DNA from: Nemertoderma westbladi
Lineage: Eukaryota > Animalia > Xenacoelomorpha
Assembly: GCA_032718475.1 (NCBI GenBank)
Contig: JAUCBJ010006357.1
Location: 1 to 53,747, forward strand
Direction of reading: 5' to 3'
DNA length: 53,747 nt
Shown: piece by piece, positions 27,301 to 39,426 of the stretch
How positions within the stretch are numbered: the stretch's first letter is position 1
Layout: every line of letters starts with the position of its first letter
Made by a program: the position numbers and the translations under genes
Notes under the pieces: model-generated
Told to the model about the DNA's origin: nothing
Seen by the model: only the letters and a program-made list of their open reading frames with translations
Database searches by the model: none

Positions 27301-29698
27301 TCTCTACTACCGACGGCTCGCTATCCGTCTTCGCTCTCCTGTCATTCGCGACGACACTTCTTCTACTCTCATCCCTTCTTCTCTCTGCAGTGCAGTATCC
27401 CCGTTCGTGAGATCTCTCGTCGACCTCCCAGTTAAACTCCACTGTTCTTCTTCCTTCTTCTGATCGGGCTCGACGCTTCGTCGCCCGCCCTCTCGCGGTT
27501 TCAACCTGTCTCTCTCCGCTCGATCGCACGCCGCTGGGGATACTCGCAATCCCCCTACTATTCTCCATCGCCGGGTGCTGCGGTTCACCTAATTCGCCCC
27601 GCGCATTGTCCGCCGACGCCTTTGCCCCCCCCTCTCGCCGCTAATCTCTCGTTGTGGGGCTCCTATAGCCACCTATCACTCCACCGCCTCTTACTTCACT
27701 TCTACACCCCTCTCTAGTCGACACACTAACCCTACTGCGGCTGGGTCTATTCACCCCCGCCTCTCCCTCTACTACTGTGTGGCCTACCAGGCCCTCCACT
27801 TCCTGCCTACTAACTACGTGGCCTACCAGGCCCTCATTGGGTTGACTCAACCCCGCCACTTCCTGCCTACTGACTACGCGGCCTACCAGGCCTTTATTGG
27901 GTTGGCTCAACCCCGCCACTTCCTGCCTATTGACTACGTGGCCTACCAGGCCCTCATTTGTCGGGCTATCCACATCCGCCACGTTCATATTAATAGCACC
28001 ATTACCAGTATTATCTGTTAAATCAATTAAATCTTCAAATCAATTAAATTATTTTGCACGCCTAAATTAGAAACAGGATTATTTTGTTCATTCGAAATAA
28101 GATTATTTGAATTATTTTGCGTAATTATATTATTTGAATTATTTTGTAAATTCAGATTTAGATTATTTGAATTATTTTGCGTAATTATATTATTTGAATT
28201 ATTTTGCGTAATTATATTATTTGAATTATTCCCTACGTTTATATTAGAATGGGTCGGATTTAAATTACTACCATCGGACAAAATGTTATCTCCTGCAACG
28301 AAAGTTTGATTAGGGTTATCCACTACGGTACTATTAATATTAACGTCCTCTACTGTATTATTATTATTACCCCCCCCCCCCCCCCCCCCCCCCGCCCGCA
28401 CGGTCACACCAGTCCTGGGTCTGTCGTGCGGTCCCTGTAAGTGGGGCATTAATAAACGTTTCCCTAACTCCTGGCTCCTCGTAAATACTCGAGCCAGCCT
28501 CGCTCTCTGACAGCCCCATCTGCGCCATTTCCAGTCTGCGCCTCTGTTTGGCTTGATATTGCATAACCCCCCTCAACCGGGCGTGCATATTATCTCGCAC
28601 ACGCTTCCCCATTGCCTCTCTCTCCCAGTCCTCCCGCATACTCTGCTCGGCCAATTCCGCCTCTCTCGCAACTCTCTCCAGTCGTCTCGCCTCGCGCTCT
28701 TTTTGCTCACTCTGCTCTCTCGCCTCACGCTCTTCGCGCCTATTCTGCTCTCTCGACTCACGCTCTTCACGCCTATTCTGCTCTCTCGCCTCACTCGCCG
28801 CCTCGCGCTCTTCTTGCTCCTTCCTTTCTATCCTTCCTATTTCCTCGCACTCCTTAAAACTTCTCGCGACCTTTTTGGCTCTCTCTCTGTTCTCTCTAGC
28901 CAGTTCTTTCTCCTTCTCTATTAACGCACTCTCTTCCTCTAACTGTCTCTCTAATTCTCTCTGGTCTAGCGCCGCCAGATCGAGTTGGCACGCCAGATCT
29001 ATTTCCATCACCCGTCTTACTTTCGCGGAAGATGTAGCAGACTTATCGGTCGCGATGGACTCCCATCGCCTTCCCGTCCTACTAACTTTCCCCCGCCTCC
29101 CGGAATTTTCTCCAACCGACGAGACCGAATCCTCGGGGTTAACCTCGGATTCGCCCTCCTGCGGTCCCCTCCAACCCACTAATTTTATTCCCCAGGCATC
29201 GACTAAGTATGGCCCTATGTACACTACACCAGGCTCCATACCCCTACATTCCCATAGTTCAAACAGTTCGCTGGCAACCCCTCTCGCTCTCTCATCGGCT
29301 AGTTCTCCATGCCCAAAGCGCACTAAGTAATCAAAATGTTTGTTCGACTCACCTAGCCACTTCTCTAGCTTCATCTGGTCTATCTTGGCCCCTCCTTTGG
29401 CTTCTTTTAGTTGCTTCCAGGTCGCGGCGTAGGCTCGTCGGAGCCGGTTGCTGACCCCGACGTCCTCGTCGCCGACGTCTCCTCTATCCCTCCGTGTCCG
29501 GCGTCGTACCGGCGGCCCCACCGTCGCCGTACCGGTGGGCCGTCCGTCGCCCTCGGCCTGTGGCTGGCCGGTGACATCGGCACGTCGACCGCCGCTGTGT
29601 GTCGACTCATCTCTCCCCTCTCTCGACTCGCTCTCTCGTTGTAGACGGCCCCCCTCGGTTTGGATTGCCGGATCGCCTATGGTCGACGAATCCGGCAT
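24365..29698 (-). pseudogene. BEL/Pao gag-protease and integrase C-terminal remnant; RT, RNase H and integrase core absent
   Basis: Gag N-terminus with PEDSVS and a coiled coil (28367-29698); Pao capsid-like LPPVELFKFDG...AWRALDREYG (25956-26717); frameshifted knuckles at ~25785-25935; protease LVDSGA...IVGMD...PVAILTPFRWTLTGP (24831-25814); integrase-tail-like PLMPAHILRGRP and KNCLLE (24365-24680). Several stops and frameshifts, two at long G runs. Confidence 0.85.
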
Positions 29699-29852
29699 CG
29701 TGGGTCGGTACCGTCGCGTCGCGGCCTAGCGGATCGTTACGTCACTGTCCGGGGTCTGCGGCGGTGTCGTCTCTCTTTCTCGACTCATCCTTTTCGCTCT
29801 TTAGTCGGTGGCTGGTAACTGTCAGTTAGTTCAGGCAATTGGCTCTTGTCAC

Positions 29853-30426
29853 TGTGACGGGATCCGAGAATCCCGATTTATCCGGTTTTTGGTTATCTCG
29901 TCTACGCGTCCCCGCCGTGTGTGTGAAAAGAGTTCTGATGTTATTGAGTTGCTCTCTGTTGTTGGGTCGTATGCATAGATATATATATAAGATAAAGTAT
30001 AAGCACAGTGATTGTAATAACTGAATGAATGAGTACCGGAAGGATGGTTGAATGATGGCGGCAGTGGTCGGTGACAAGAGTTACCGTTCCGCCCTAACTG
30101 AACTGACTAACTGAGTGAATAAATGACACAGTAACTGACAATATATTGCACTGGTTGGCCGTATTACATTACTCAGTGGATGCCTGCCCCCCATTGGCTA
30201 ATAACTCACTTCTCGCCTCCCATCTCTCTGGGAGTGTTTTCCCCCCCGCTACTGTTATTCTCTCTCTCTTGGAGGTATAACCTCTGACCCCCTTTGTGTT
30301 TTCCTTTGGGGTTTGTCGTCCCCGCTTATTGGGGTGACACGAGGTTGATTGGTAATCAACCTCGTGCTCCCAATATTGCTTAAAGCTAACTTTGTGGGGT
30401 GGCTAGCGGAATTGAATTCGCTAACA
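29853..30426 (-). repeat. 5' LTR of the BEL/Pao element
   Basis: 574-bp direct repeat of 19376-19955, upstream of gag on the minus strand. Confidence 0.95.
30095..30148 (-). promoter_or_regulatory. Putative LTR core promoter (TATA-like box and initiator-like motifs)
   Basis: Minus-strand CAATATATTG (30139-30148) about 30 nt upstream of clustered TCAGTT initiator-like motifs starting at 30114. Confidence 0.4.
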
Positions 30427-30487
30427 CATAATGTGCAAATTGATAATTTATTATATGATGTAATAGCTTGTATACTACATTTATCAT

Positions 30488-30835
30488 GTTCCAATGACGT
30501 AATCAAACTAAACGTTCCGCATACGGTCAATGAGCAAGCGCGCAAGGCCTTCTACTACAACGCAGCGCAAGTCTGGAACTCCCTACCCAGCGACATGAGA
30601 TTCTGCACTGGAGGTATTAACTATGACACCTTTAAAAACAAACTAAAAACTAGTCTCTTTTAGTATTTTTGTCCAGTTTGTTTAGTGTATTATTATTAAT
30701 TAAGTGACTGATGGAACAGGTATATAGGTACTGGTTGTTTTAATTAGGTTAGGTAGTTAGCTGCAGGCGCCGTGATAAGATCGCACTGATCCCTAAGGGC
30801 GCCTGCAATAACAAAAATAAATTTGTTTATTATTA
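30488..30835 (+). mobile_element. 3' end fragment of a CR1/L2-like LINE
   Basis: C-terminal KAFYYNAAQVWNSLP...TFKNKLKTSLF, a 3' UTR stem TGCAGGCGCC/GGCGCCTGCA (30762-30807), AATAAA and a (TAT)n tail. TSD TTATCAT at 30481-30487 / 30836-30842; removal restores the host frame (ILHLSSELYIKKPK). Confidence 0.8.
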
Positions 30836-32463
30836 TTATCATCCGAATTATATATTAAAAAGCCTAAATTGCAAAAAGGGGATGGCACCACTCATATTCC
30901 AGGGTGGAATGAATATGTGAAGGAGAAATATGAGGACTCAAGGCGTAAGTTTAAATTATGGAGGGCCTGTGGGTCACCCCGACAGGGGCTTATTCACGGT
31001 AATTACCTTCGGGCTAAAGCGTCCTTTAAGCATGCGTTAAGAACATGTAAAAATAATGAAGAAGGGGCACGTAGCGACCGAATGGCGCAATCATTGTTAC
31101 GTGGGGCCAAACCGAAAGAATTCTGGGATCAGGTTAAAAGAAAATGTGCCATCCCCGTCTCCACACCCCAGTAAGTATTGGAGATGCAATAGGCGCAAAA
31201 AATATTAGTGAAATGTGGAAGTCTCATTTTTCTAGCTTGTATAATTGTGTAAACGTTTATCTATACTTTTTACAGCTATACTAGTGCATGGTTATTTACC
31301 AAGTAAAATAATAGAATCCGCATTATTTCCAATTGTTAAGGATAAATTGGGTGATGTGACTAGTAAGGATAACTACAGGGGTATCGCTGTATCATCTGTA
31401 ATAGGTAAAGTTTTAGAGATTATTATTTTAAATAGATGCATTAATTTGTTAACTACTACTGATAACCAATTTGGTTTCAAACCTGGACTTGGGACTGAAA
31501 CCTGTGTTTTCGCATTAAAAGAGATCATTAATTACTACTTGTCCTTAAATACACCTGTTTATATATGCATGTAGGATTCTTCTAAGGCGTTCGATCGTGT
31601 AAATCATTTTGTGCTATTTAACAAACTATTAGATAGGGGTATTCCACCTTATATAGTGCGTATCTTAGTATTTTGGTATAGGGAACAGAATTTATTCATA
31701 TATTGGGCTGGCTATAAGTCATCAAATTTTAAGGTCACTAACGGTACCAAACAAGGTGGTGTGCTCAGTCCCATTTTATACAATGTGTACATGGATGACT
31801 TGAGTAAGCAATTTACGGATTCTGGTGTAGGCTGCTCAATGGGTGACACTAGAACAAACCATTTGGGATATGCTGATGAACTTTGTCTATTGTCGACATC
31901 TATTTTTGGTTTACAGTGTCTGATTGATATAGCTGACAAGTATGCAAATAACAATTCCGTGACCTTTAATTTGAAGAAATCTAAATGTTTATATTTTATA
32001 CCTAAGTCGAGTAGCGTTACTAAATATGCCAGTGTGTTTCTATATAATAAACCTATTGAAGTTGTTGAGCAGTTTACTTATTTAGGCCACTTGCTACATA
32101 GCAGTACGGACGATGACCCTGATATTAAAAGGCAAACTAGATCTCTTTATGCCAGGGGCAATCTATTAGTAAGAAAGTTCGGTTCTTGCAATATTATTGT
32201 AAAACGACTATTATTTCGTGCATTTTGCACGCCGATCTATTGTAATGCTCTGTGGTCTGGGAGAAACTTTTCAAATAGTGTGTACAATAAAATATGTGTA
32301 GCTTACGACAATTGTTTTAGAATGCTGTTTAATATACCTAGGGTAACAGATGGGGAAGCAACGAGTATGGCTCTCCATTTTGGAATACATAATTTGCCGT
32401 TATTTAGTCACTTACACTATGATTCGATTAACAGTTTAAGTAGGGGGGTAGGGAAAACCTCTA

Positions 32464-33687
32464 CTAGGATCGGCATGCTGCATTGCAGCTGCATTTTTAA
32501 GAATGCTGTGCCGGCTTGTCAACAAAATTGCACCGCCACAACTCCCTATCACCCATGACATTTGCTAGATCATCCGCATTTTCAAGGTCAGTGTCCTTTA
32601 AGATGCGTCTCAAGAAAGTCATGGGCTGTCCACCATGCTTATTCACTCCATGAGGCAGCCAAAGTACAAGATTATGCACTGGCTGGTCCTCACGGCGAAA
32701 GCAATGTCCTGCAAAGCGGAGGCGATTTTGTTCTAGTGTCAAGCTTGGGGGAACCAATGAGACACCTCCAATGTTATATAGTGTCTGGTTGGAGATGTGT
32801 GCATTGTACTTGACACAATGAACCCGGCGTAGCATTCTTGTGAATGTGCCATCCAAAGATTTGGTGTCCTCAGCAGTTAGAGCCCAGCATGGACTCCCGT
32901 AGAGGAGTACTGGAACTACTGCTGCTTTAAATAATCGGACCATAAGTTTCCGATTAATTCTCGGTGACTTCGAAATACTGGAAAGCCTATTCAAGGCTGC
33001 CCATGCCTTTCCCTTACGTATTCGAAGGTCCTCACCTGACTTCCGGATCCATGATCCCAGGTAACAGAAGTCGTCCACATGCTCAAGCATACCATCCTTT
33101 GAGCTTATGCTCATCCGATCAGAGACTTGCTGAGGACTTTCAAAGTTAACTGTCAAAATTTTGGTCTTTCTGGAGTTAATAAAAAGACCAACACTAGAAG
33201 CAGCATGTTCTAATGAGCTGATGAGCCGTTGGGCTCCCTCTAATGATTCTGAGAGTACTCCTAAGTCATTAGAAAAGTCTAGATCAGTTAGGTACTTGGC
33301 AGGATTTCCTCGACTTCTGGAGCCAGTAGGTGGAGTTATCATCACTCAATCATCATTATGATGATCTAAGGACATGCGTAGAACATAGTCAACCACAATA
33401 ATGAACAAGAATGGTGCACGTGTGTCTCCTTGGAGGACGCCCCATAACACTTCAAATGGTTCTGTGTCACCGTCAACAGTAGACACAAATGTTGTCGAAC
33501 CATCGCATACTGATCTGATTGCTGCAATAATTTCATCAGGAATCCCATATAATGAAAGTATGCTGAACATACGTGAGCGAGAGACTGAATCAAAGGCCTT
33601 GAAGAAGTCAACAAAGATAACAGCCAGATGCCTGTCTTTCTTTTTTGATAATTCTTCAATTATTTAATTAAATTTAATTTACATTAA
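32464..33687 (-). mobile_element. 5'-truncated RTE-clade LINE
   Basis: FVDFFKAFDS, GVLQGDTRAPFLFIIVVDYVLR, DLDFSNDL, FCYLGS, VLLYGS, RLRFAGH; short TAG tail; perfect 15-bp TSD TAGGGAAAACCTCTA at 32449-32463 / 33688-33702. Confidence 0.92.
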
Positions 33688-34923
33688 TAGGGAAAACCTC
33701 TAATTTAGTACTATGTGCAGTTAATAATATTTGCCGTATATCGGGTACCTTGAGATAGGGGGTGAAAATAATATTTAAATAAATACAACTTTTTGTGCTA
33801 ATCTATTAATGTAATTTACCAGTGTCTGTTTGTATATCTGTGTATTGTAATTATGTATTGTGTTCCTGTCATTTTATGGGCTGTTTGCCTGGATTAAACG
33901 AAACGAACGAACAAACTGTTACTTTGTAACAGTAAAGGGTTTAGATATTTGTTCACTAGTCACAGAGAGTACAGAAATTTGTTAGGGTAGTTTAGTGTAT
34001 TATTTACTGTTACTTTATAAATGTAAAGGGTTATTATTTTCAGTTCACAAATCATTTTGAAATACAGTAATTTGTTGGGCCGTTAGGGTAGATTATAATT
34101 GTAAAATTAGTAACTTAAAATTTATAGCTAGGTTTGTGAGAATTCAGTTTCGGCAAAAATTTATATAATAAAATTTCGAGTTTTAGTACCGGTATGTTGG
34201 ATAACCGCTTAAATATTTTATACCATCTGGAGATACATGGCAAGATGGAACTTCTGATGCTGGGGTTTGTGTGGGTCTACGGGTTCAGTTTGCAATCAGC
34301 AACGAGACTGTAGCCTAGGATGCACAGTATAGTCTTCCGGAATCTCACAGCGAACAAGGTTAGTTGTTCTGTTGGCACCAGTGTAATTGTGGAAGCAGTA
34401 AAAAATTACCGGTTGTTTGACTGCGAAACTGAACTCGATTTATTAGTTAGGATAGTTAGGTTTAGCCGGCCATGGTGTTTTGGATCACTCAGTTAGAGAG
34501 AGAGAGAGTGTCGCAACCTGAATGTGTAGCCACGCGCCAGTGGATACATATATAAAATTTAAAAATAAAATTAGGCTGATTTGAGCTATGTATATATAAT
34601 TAGAAATATTTTGGGTGACAAATTTATTTTTTGAATTTTTTGCATTAGATTCAAAATATTTTGGCGTCATACCGGTATTTCAATGCTGTATAATAGCTAT
34701 AGAGCTACATTTTGTTTAAATATTATACCGGTATTTACTGTAACTATATACAATTAAATTCATAATATTTTATATTGTGAATTAACATTTCGTATTTGAT
34801 ATTTCGAGACCAAATAAATTATTTTCACAAATAATTTATAAATTTAATAATAATTTCGATTAAATTAATATATATCTCGAAATTTTGTGAGATTATAGCC
34901 AGAAGGCAAGATGTACTTTAAAA

Positions 34924-36330
34924 ATGAGTGTCTCAGAGAAGGAGGCACTAGAGGACAGCTATGAGACAGTGACTGGACTGCCAACTGATGACAGTGTCAA
35001 TATAACTGTTGACGACAATGCCAACTATGATGACGCAGCGAGTGATGCTGACGTAAGTGAACAGGAGGACGATGGTCCCAGTGGCAGTGAGGAGCACCCG
35101 GAGTTCCCGTAATAATCCCTCAAGTCCACCGAGTGTAAGTCAGGTAAGCTAGAGAGAGCAAGACATCGCGCTAAAGAAGAAACTCCGCACGCATGCCGGA
35201 CATATAACCCAGACGACGGACAAGGTAAGAAGGATGCTAGCCGACACTGGTAGCATCGAAAGAGAAGGTTTAATAGAACTTAGAAAGGGCTACAACTCAG
35301 CGCTCCTCAAGCAGACAGAAGAGCTAGCAGTTCTAGCAAAAAGGGCAGTGGACTCCCAGTTGAACGACATAGCGACGCAGGTATACGATAAGGCTTTAGC
35401 AATCTTATTGGAGCACCGCACATTGTCGGAGCAATTCCGACGGTTTAGGACGGAGAACTGGTTATTATGGGATTTGCAAGCTCAGGCTAATCGAGTCAGT
35501 GATGCAAAATTAAGAGATCTGGTGGAACTAGAAGGGACTCAAGACAAAGAGGAGCGCAGATACCAGAGAGAAGTCACAAATTGGCTGATACAGAGTAGAG
35601 TAGTAGTACCAGGTGAGGTGATGCCGACGACGGAGAATATCAAGCAGAGGCCGCTAACTCCGCCCGACAATGCATCCAGAAACAGTGGAGACTCACAGGT
35701 TAGTTATGCACAAGGAAATGTCATATGCGCTAGATCCCTTGTTTCTCACAACTCCGCAGAAGAAAGGAGATGCCGATTAGACGAACAACAAAAGGACATT
35801 TTTCGTGCGGCGGAGGCAAGGAAGGAAGCCAAATGAGAAAAGGAGCGCCGCTGCAGAGTGGACGCGAAGCTGCAAGAGTTGGAGGACATAAATAAGCGTG
35901 AGCAACTCGAACGCGAAGCAAAGGAACGCGAACACCAACTCGAATGCGAACGAATGTAAAGAATGTGAACTTCAACTCGAACGCGAATGCAAAGAACGCA
36001 AACTCCAACTCGAATGCGAAGTAAAGGAACGCGAACTTCAATTTGAATGTGAGCGCAAAGAACATGAATTTCAACTCGAACACGAACGTAAGGAATGTGA
36101 ACTCGAGATTGAGAGATGAGATGATTATTATACGAAGAGACGTCGCCATTGGAGGAAGAAAGCACAGCTAGAATTGCAAGGGAGGCAGAACAACGGAAGC
36201 TAGATCAATTAGAAAGCGCATGTTTAGATTTAGAGAGTGAAGAACAAACAAGGAAGGCAAATGAAATTGCTGAAAGGGGGATGCGAATGATCGAAGAATG
36301 TGGGGCGAGTGTAGGTACCAAGTTGCGAGG
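34924..36330 (+). pseudogene. Decayed Gag N-terminus-like coiled-coil ORF of another LTR element
   Basis: Broken ORF with an acidic start, KKKLRTHAGHIT, and a long charged coiled coil with 33-bp (11-aa) repeats at ~35900-36110. It resembles the Gag N-terminus at 28367-29698, but no diagnostic domain is retained. Confidence 0.45.
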
Positions 36331-36332
36331 CG

Positions 36333-36884
36333 GAAAGGCATGGGCAGCCTTGAATAGGCTTTCCAGGATTTGGAAGTCACCGAGAATTAATCAGAAACTT
36401 AAGGTCCTGTTATTTAGAGCAGCAGTAGTTCCAGTACTCCTTTATGGGAATCCATGCTGGGCTCTAACTGCTGAGGACACCAAATCTCTGGACGGCACAT
36501 TCACAAGAATGCTACGCCGGGTTCATTGTGTCAAGTTCAATGCACACATCTCCAACCAGACACTATATAACATTGGAGGTGTCTCATTGGTTCCCCCAAG
36601 CTTGACACTAGAACAAAATCGCCTCTGCTTTGCAGGACATTGATTTCGCCGTGAGGACCAGCCAGTGCATAATCTTGTACTTTGGCAGCCTCATGGAGTG
36701 AATAAGCATGGTGGACAGCCCATGACTTTCTTGAGACGCATCCTAAAGGACACTGGCCTTGAAGATGCGGATGATCTAGCAAATGTCATGGGTGATAGGG
36801 AGTTGTGGCAGTGCAATTTTGTCGATAAGCCGGCACAGCATTCTTAAAAATGCAGCTGCAATGCAGCATGCCGATCCTAGTAGT
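36333..36884 (+). mobile_element. RTE LINE 3' fragment, near-identical to 32464-33012 in the opposite orientation
   Basis: GKAWAALNRLS...VDKPAQHS and the same 3' end GCATGCCGATCCTAGTAG. Confidence 0.9.
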
Positions 36885-37560
36885 ATACATCCATTGACTG
36901 AAGTGCTTCAAAGCGGTTTTGAACTTCTACTGTATAAGCATCCTTTACTGCATTGTCAGTTCTGAGTTTCTCCCAGTCATAGTTGATATGCTTGCTTGTC
37001 CTGGGTTTGCTGGCTCTCAAACTGAGTCTGATCTCTGCAGTCACAATTCTGTGGTCCGAACCAATTAGGTTGAACGAGCTGTATGCCTCGCAGTTGATCA
37101 TGCTGTTTCTCCACTTTTTGTTTATCCAGTTGTAATGTAGTTGATGAAGATGTAATCCAGTTGTGCTTTGGTTTCATTAGGGTATTGAAAGGTCCATAGC
37201 TTCCTCTTACTCTTTTCGAATGTGGTGTTTGTTGGTATCAATTCATATTCTTCCATTAGGTCTAAAAGTTAAGTACCCATTTCTATTAGAACTGGTGTTA
37301 TATGTGTAATTACTGTTGTCTTGGGATTCCCCTCAAATGTTGCTATCATAACCCTGGAATTTATAGATTCGATGTTGTTTAGGGACTTAAGTGCAAATGG
37401 ACTTAGCAGAATTCCTACTCCTCCAATTGATGTATTGGCCGAATTTCTTATTGCTGAGCTTGTTACTAACGTCCACCCATTTCCGATGTCATTGTTGGCA
37501 TACCCTCATTGTTGACATTGTTCCAATGACATTGCTGTCATTTGATCCCTATATCTGTCC
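36885..37560 (-). mobile_element. RTE LINE endonuclease fragment
   Basis: GWTLVTSS...GGVGILLSP, RVMIATFEGNP, QLDYI-like segment, GSDHRIV, EVQNRFEAL. Confidence 0.8.
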
Positions 37561-38401
37561 ATATGTTAATCTCCCTAAAGGTATAAAATATACACATCTA
37601 CCCACAAGAAGAAATTATTGCCATTAACATAAAAGCTGCATAGGTGTGTGTACCCGTACCCGTACCCACCCCCCCCCCCCCCCCCCCCTCCCTCCTCCCC
37701 CCTCCCCTTAGCCTTCAACCGATGTCAGTTGTCCTAAATTTATATTCCGATGCAGTGCATTATTCTTGAGATAATTAATCTATTTTGCTGCCCAGAATAA
37801 ATGGACTAGACACAGCCGGAGACTTTCTTTTTTAATTAAGGGGCGCGCGACAAGAAGCTCCGTTAGTGCTAACGGCGCCGTTAACTAAAATTGTAAGTGA
37901 CACAAAACCTCCGTTAAATTATCGGCGGCTTTAACTAACGGAAGCCATCGTCTCGAAGCTCCGTTACACTAACCGAGGTTAAGGTCTCCGTTACGGTAAT
38001 TTACACGATGAGCCAGAAGGCACGTTTGATTAAGGTTCCATTAAGTAACATTTTTTATTGATTTGTATGGAATTAATTTCGCACTACCAAATTGCCAGGG
38101 TGACATATTTTCCAGTTTTATATCACAGTGGGACATTTACGCCATACATTTTACTATGTAGGTCCAGTATATCCAGTATGTCACAGCGTCATTCTAAATA
38201 TAATTACATGACGTCATTTGAATATACACTAACTATTTTATAATGCTAAAACGTACAAGATTGAAATAGGTCAGAATCGAACCAGCTTCCTTTACATTCA
38301 TAACCCAACGCGTTATCCACTACGCTAAATTAACACAGAAGAAAGTGTGTATAATTAACATGTCATACTCTCATGTTTGAAGATTTTTCTAGAATGTTTA
38401 A

Positions 38402-39426
38402 CACTATTAGTACCGGGCTATAAAATGTTGTACAAATACCGGGGGGGGGGGGGGGGGGGGCAGTCAGATTGACAATTGTTATCCTCTTCGTAGGAAAACA
38501 TATGAAAAACATATGAAAAAAAACAAGTAATCAGCACATTTCAATTACAACACAAAATGTTTAATTCACTTATACGATGCTATAAATGCAGATTTTAGGT
38601 TTTTTGAGGCGCTTTTTCTAATGGAATACATTTCTAATTTGCCAGATCAAGGCTAATCGTATTTTTCGGCGTAATATGGCAAATTTTGGTGCTAGCACCA
38701 AATTTCGTACCCATCACCAAAAAGTACAAGTTTGATTTTATGTCGAGTTCTTATGTTTAGGTTTTATGAATTTAGTTTGAGTTTTTATTGATTCTATCGG
38801 ATTCAGGACCCTCATAATCCGATATAACTCAAGAAACAAGATAACACTTAGTATTGATCAATTAGCTTATTTTCAAAAATTTGGTGCAAAACAACAATTT
38901 TCACCCACAGGCGAAAAATACAAGTTTGAAAACTCTTATGAAATTTTTACTGATTCCATTGAATTCAGAACCCTCACAAACCCGTATAACGCAAGAAACA
39001 AGATGACACAATCAATTGATATATTTGATGGTTTTCAAATCATCTCAATCATATCAAATTCATTTTCCACTCACTTCCCAAAAATACGAGTTTGATATGT
39101 CTAGTTAGATTTAATTATTTATTCCATTGAATTCAGAACCGCCATAAACCTATAAAACGCGAGAAATAAGTTGTCACAAACAATTGAACTATTGAATGGA
39201 TTTTCAAAATTTCGTGCTGGCAACAAATTTTGCTCACAGCACCGAAAAATAGAAGTTTGAAACGCCTGGTGCAACTCGTATATATTCAATCGAAACCAGA
39301 ACCCAAAAAAACCCACTATTGCGCAAAAAACAGGTTCAAATAATCCGTTTCAGAGTTATATATAACAATAAAACCACGGGGGAGGGTCATATTTACCCCC
39401 CCTCCCCCCACACGGGTTTAATAGGA
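38402..39426. mobile_element. Degenerate piggyBac-like MITE
   Basis: TTAA on both sides, imperfect ends CACTATTA / TAATAGGA, a G tract near the left end and C tracts near the right, and three internal ~170-bp repeats (ATTC...GAATTCAGAACC...AGAAACAAG). Confidence 0.5.

Larger units (their letters stand above)
19376..30426 (-). mobile_element. BEL/Pao LTR retrotransposon, internally deleted, with an extra ORF
   Basis: Two TG...CA LTRs, a perfect 5-bp TSD CATAA (19371-19375, 30427-30431), Pao-type Gag and protease motifs, and a G-run PPT next to the left LTR. Confidence 0.95.
18669..33914 (+). mobile_element. Non-LTR retrotransposon copy 2 (same family, 5'-truncated), split by three insertions
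   Basis: APE part 18669-19375 (GGLGILWK, NVYMP, QGDF, SWLDHC). It resumes at 30427-30487 and 30843-32463 (IPGWN, NYRGIA, NQFGF, DSSKAFD, KQGGVLSP, GYADE), then at 33703-33914 with a 3' UTR like copy 1 and an (AACG)n tail. Possible TSD ACTGT at 18664-18668 / 33915-33919. Confidence 0.88.

Noticed and set aside
20754-29829. Numerous plus-strand ORFs in the BEL interior
   Set aside because: Antisense shadows of GC-rich minus-strand coding sequence with no motifs.
16215-33290. All three RT catalytic motifs are damaged (GYAA, YADE, FSND)
   Set aside because: Each copy has many other lesions, so targeted inactivation cannot be inferred from three cases.
32464-37560. One long minus-strand RTE spanning the endonuclease and RT fragments
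   Set aside because: The RT piece has its own 15-bp TSD, so it is an independent truncated insertion.
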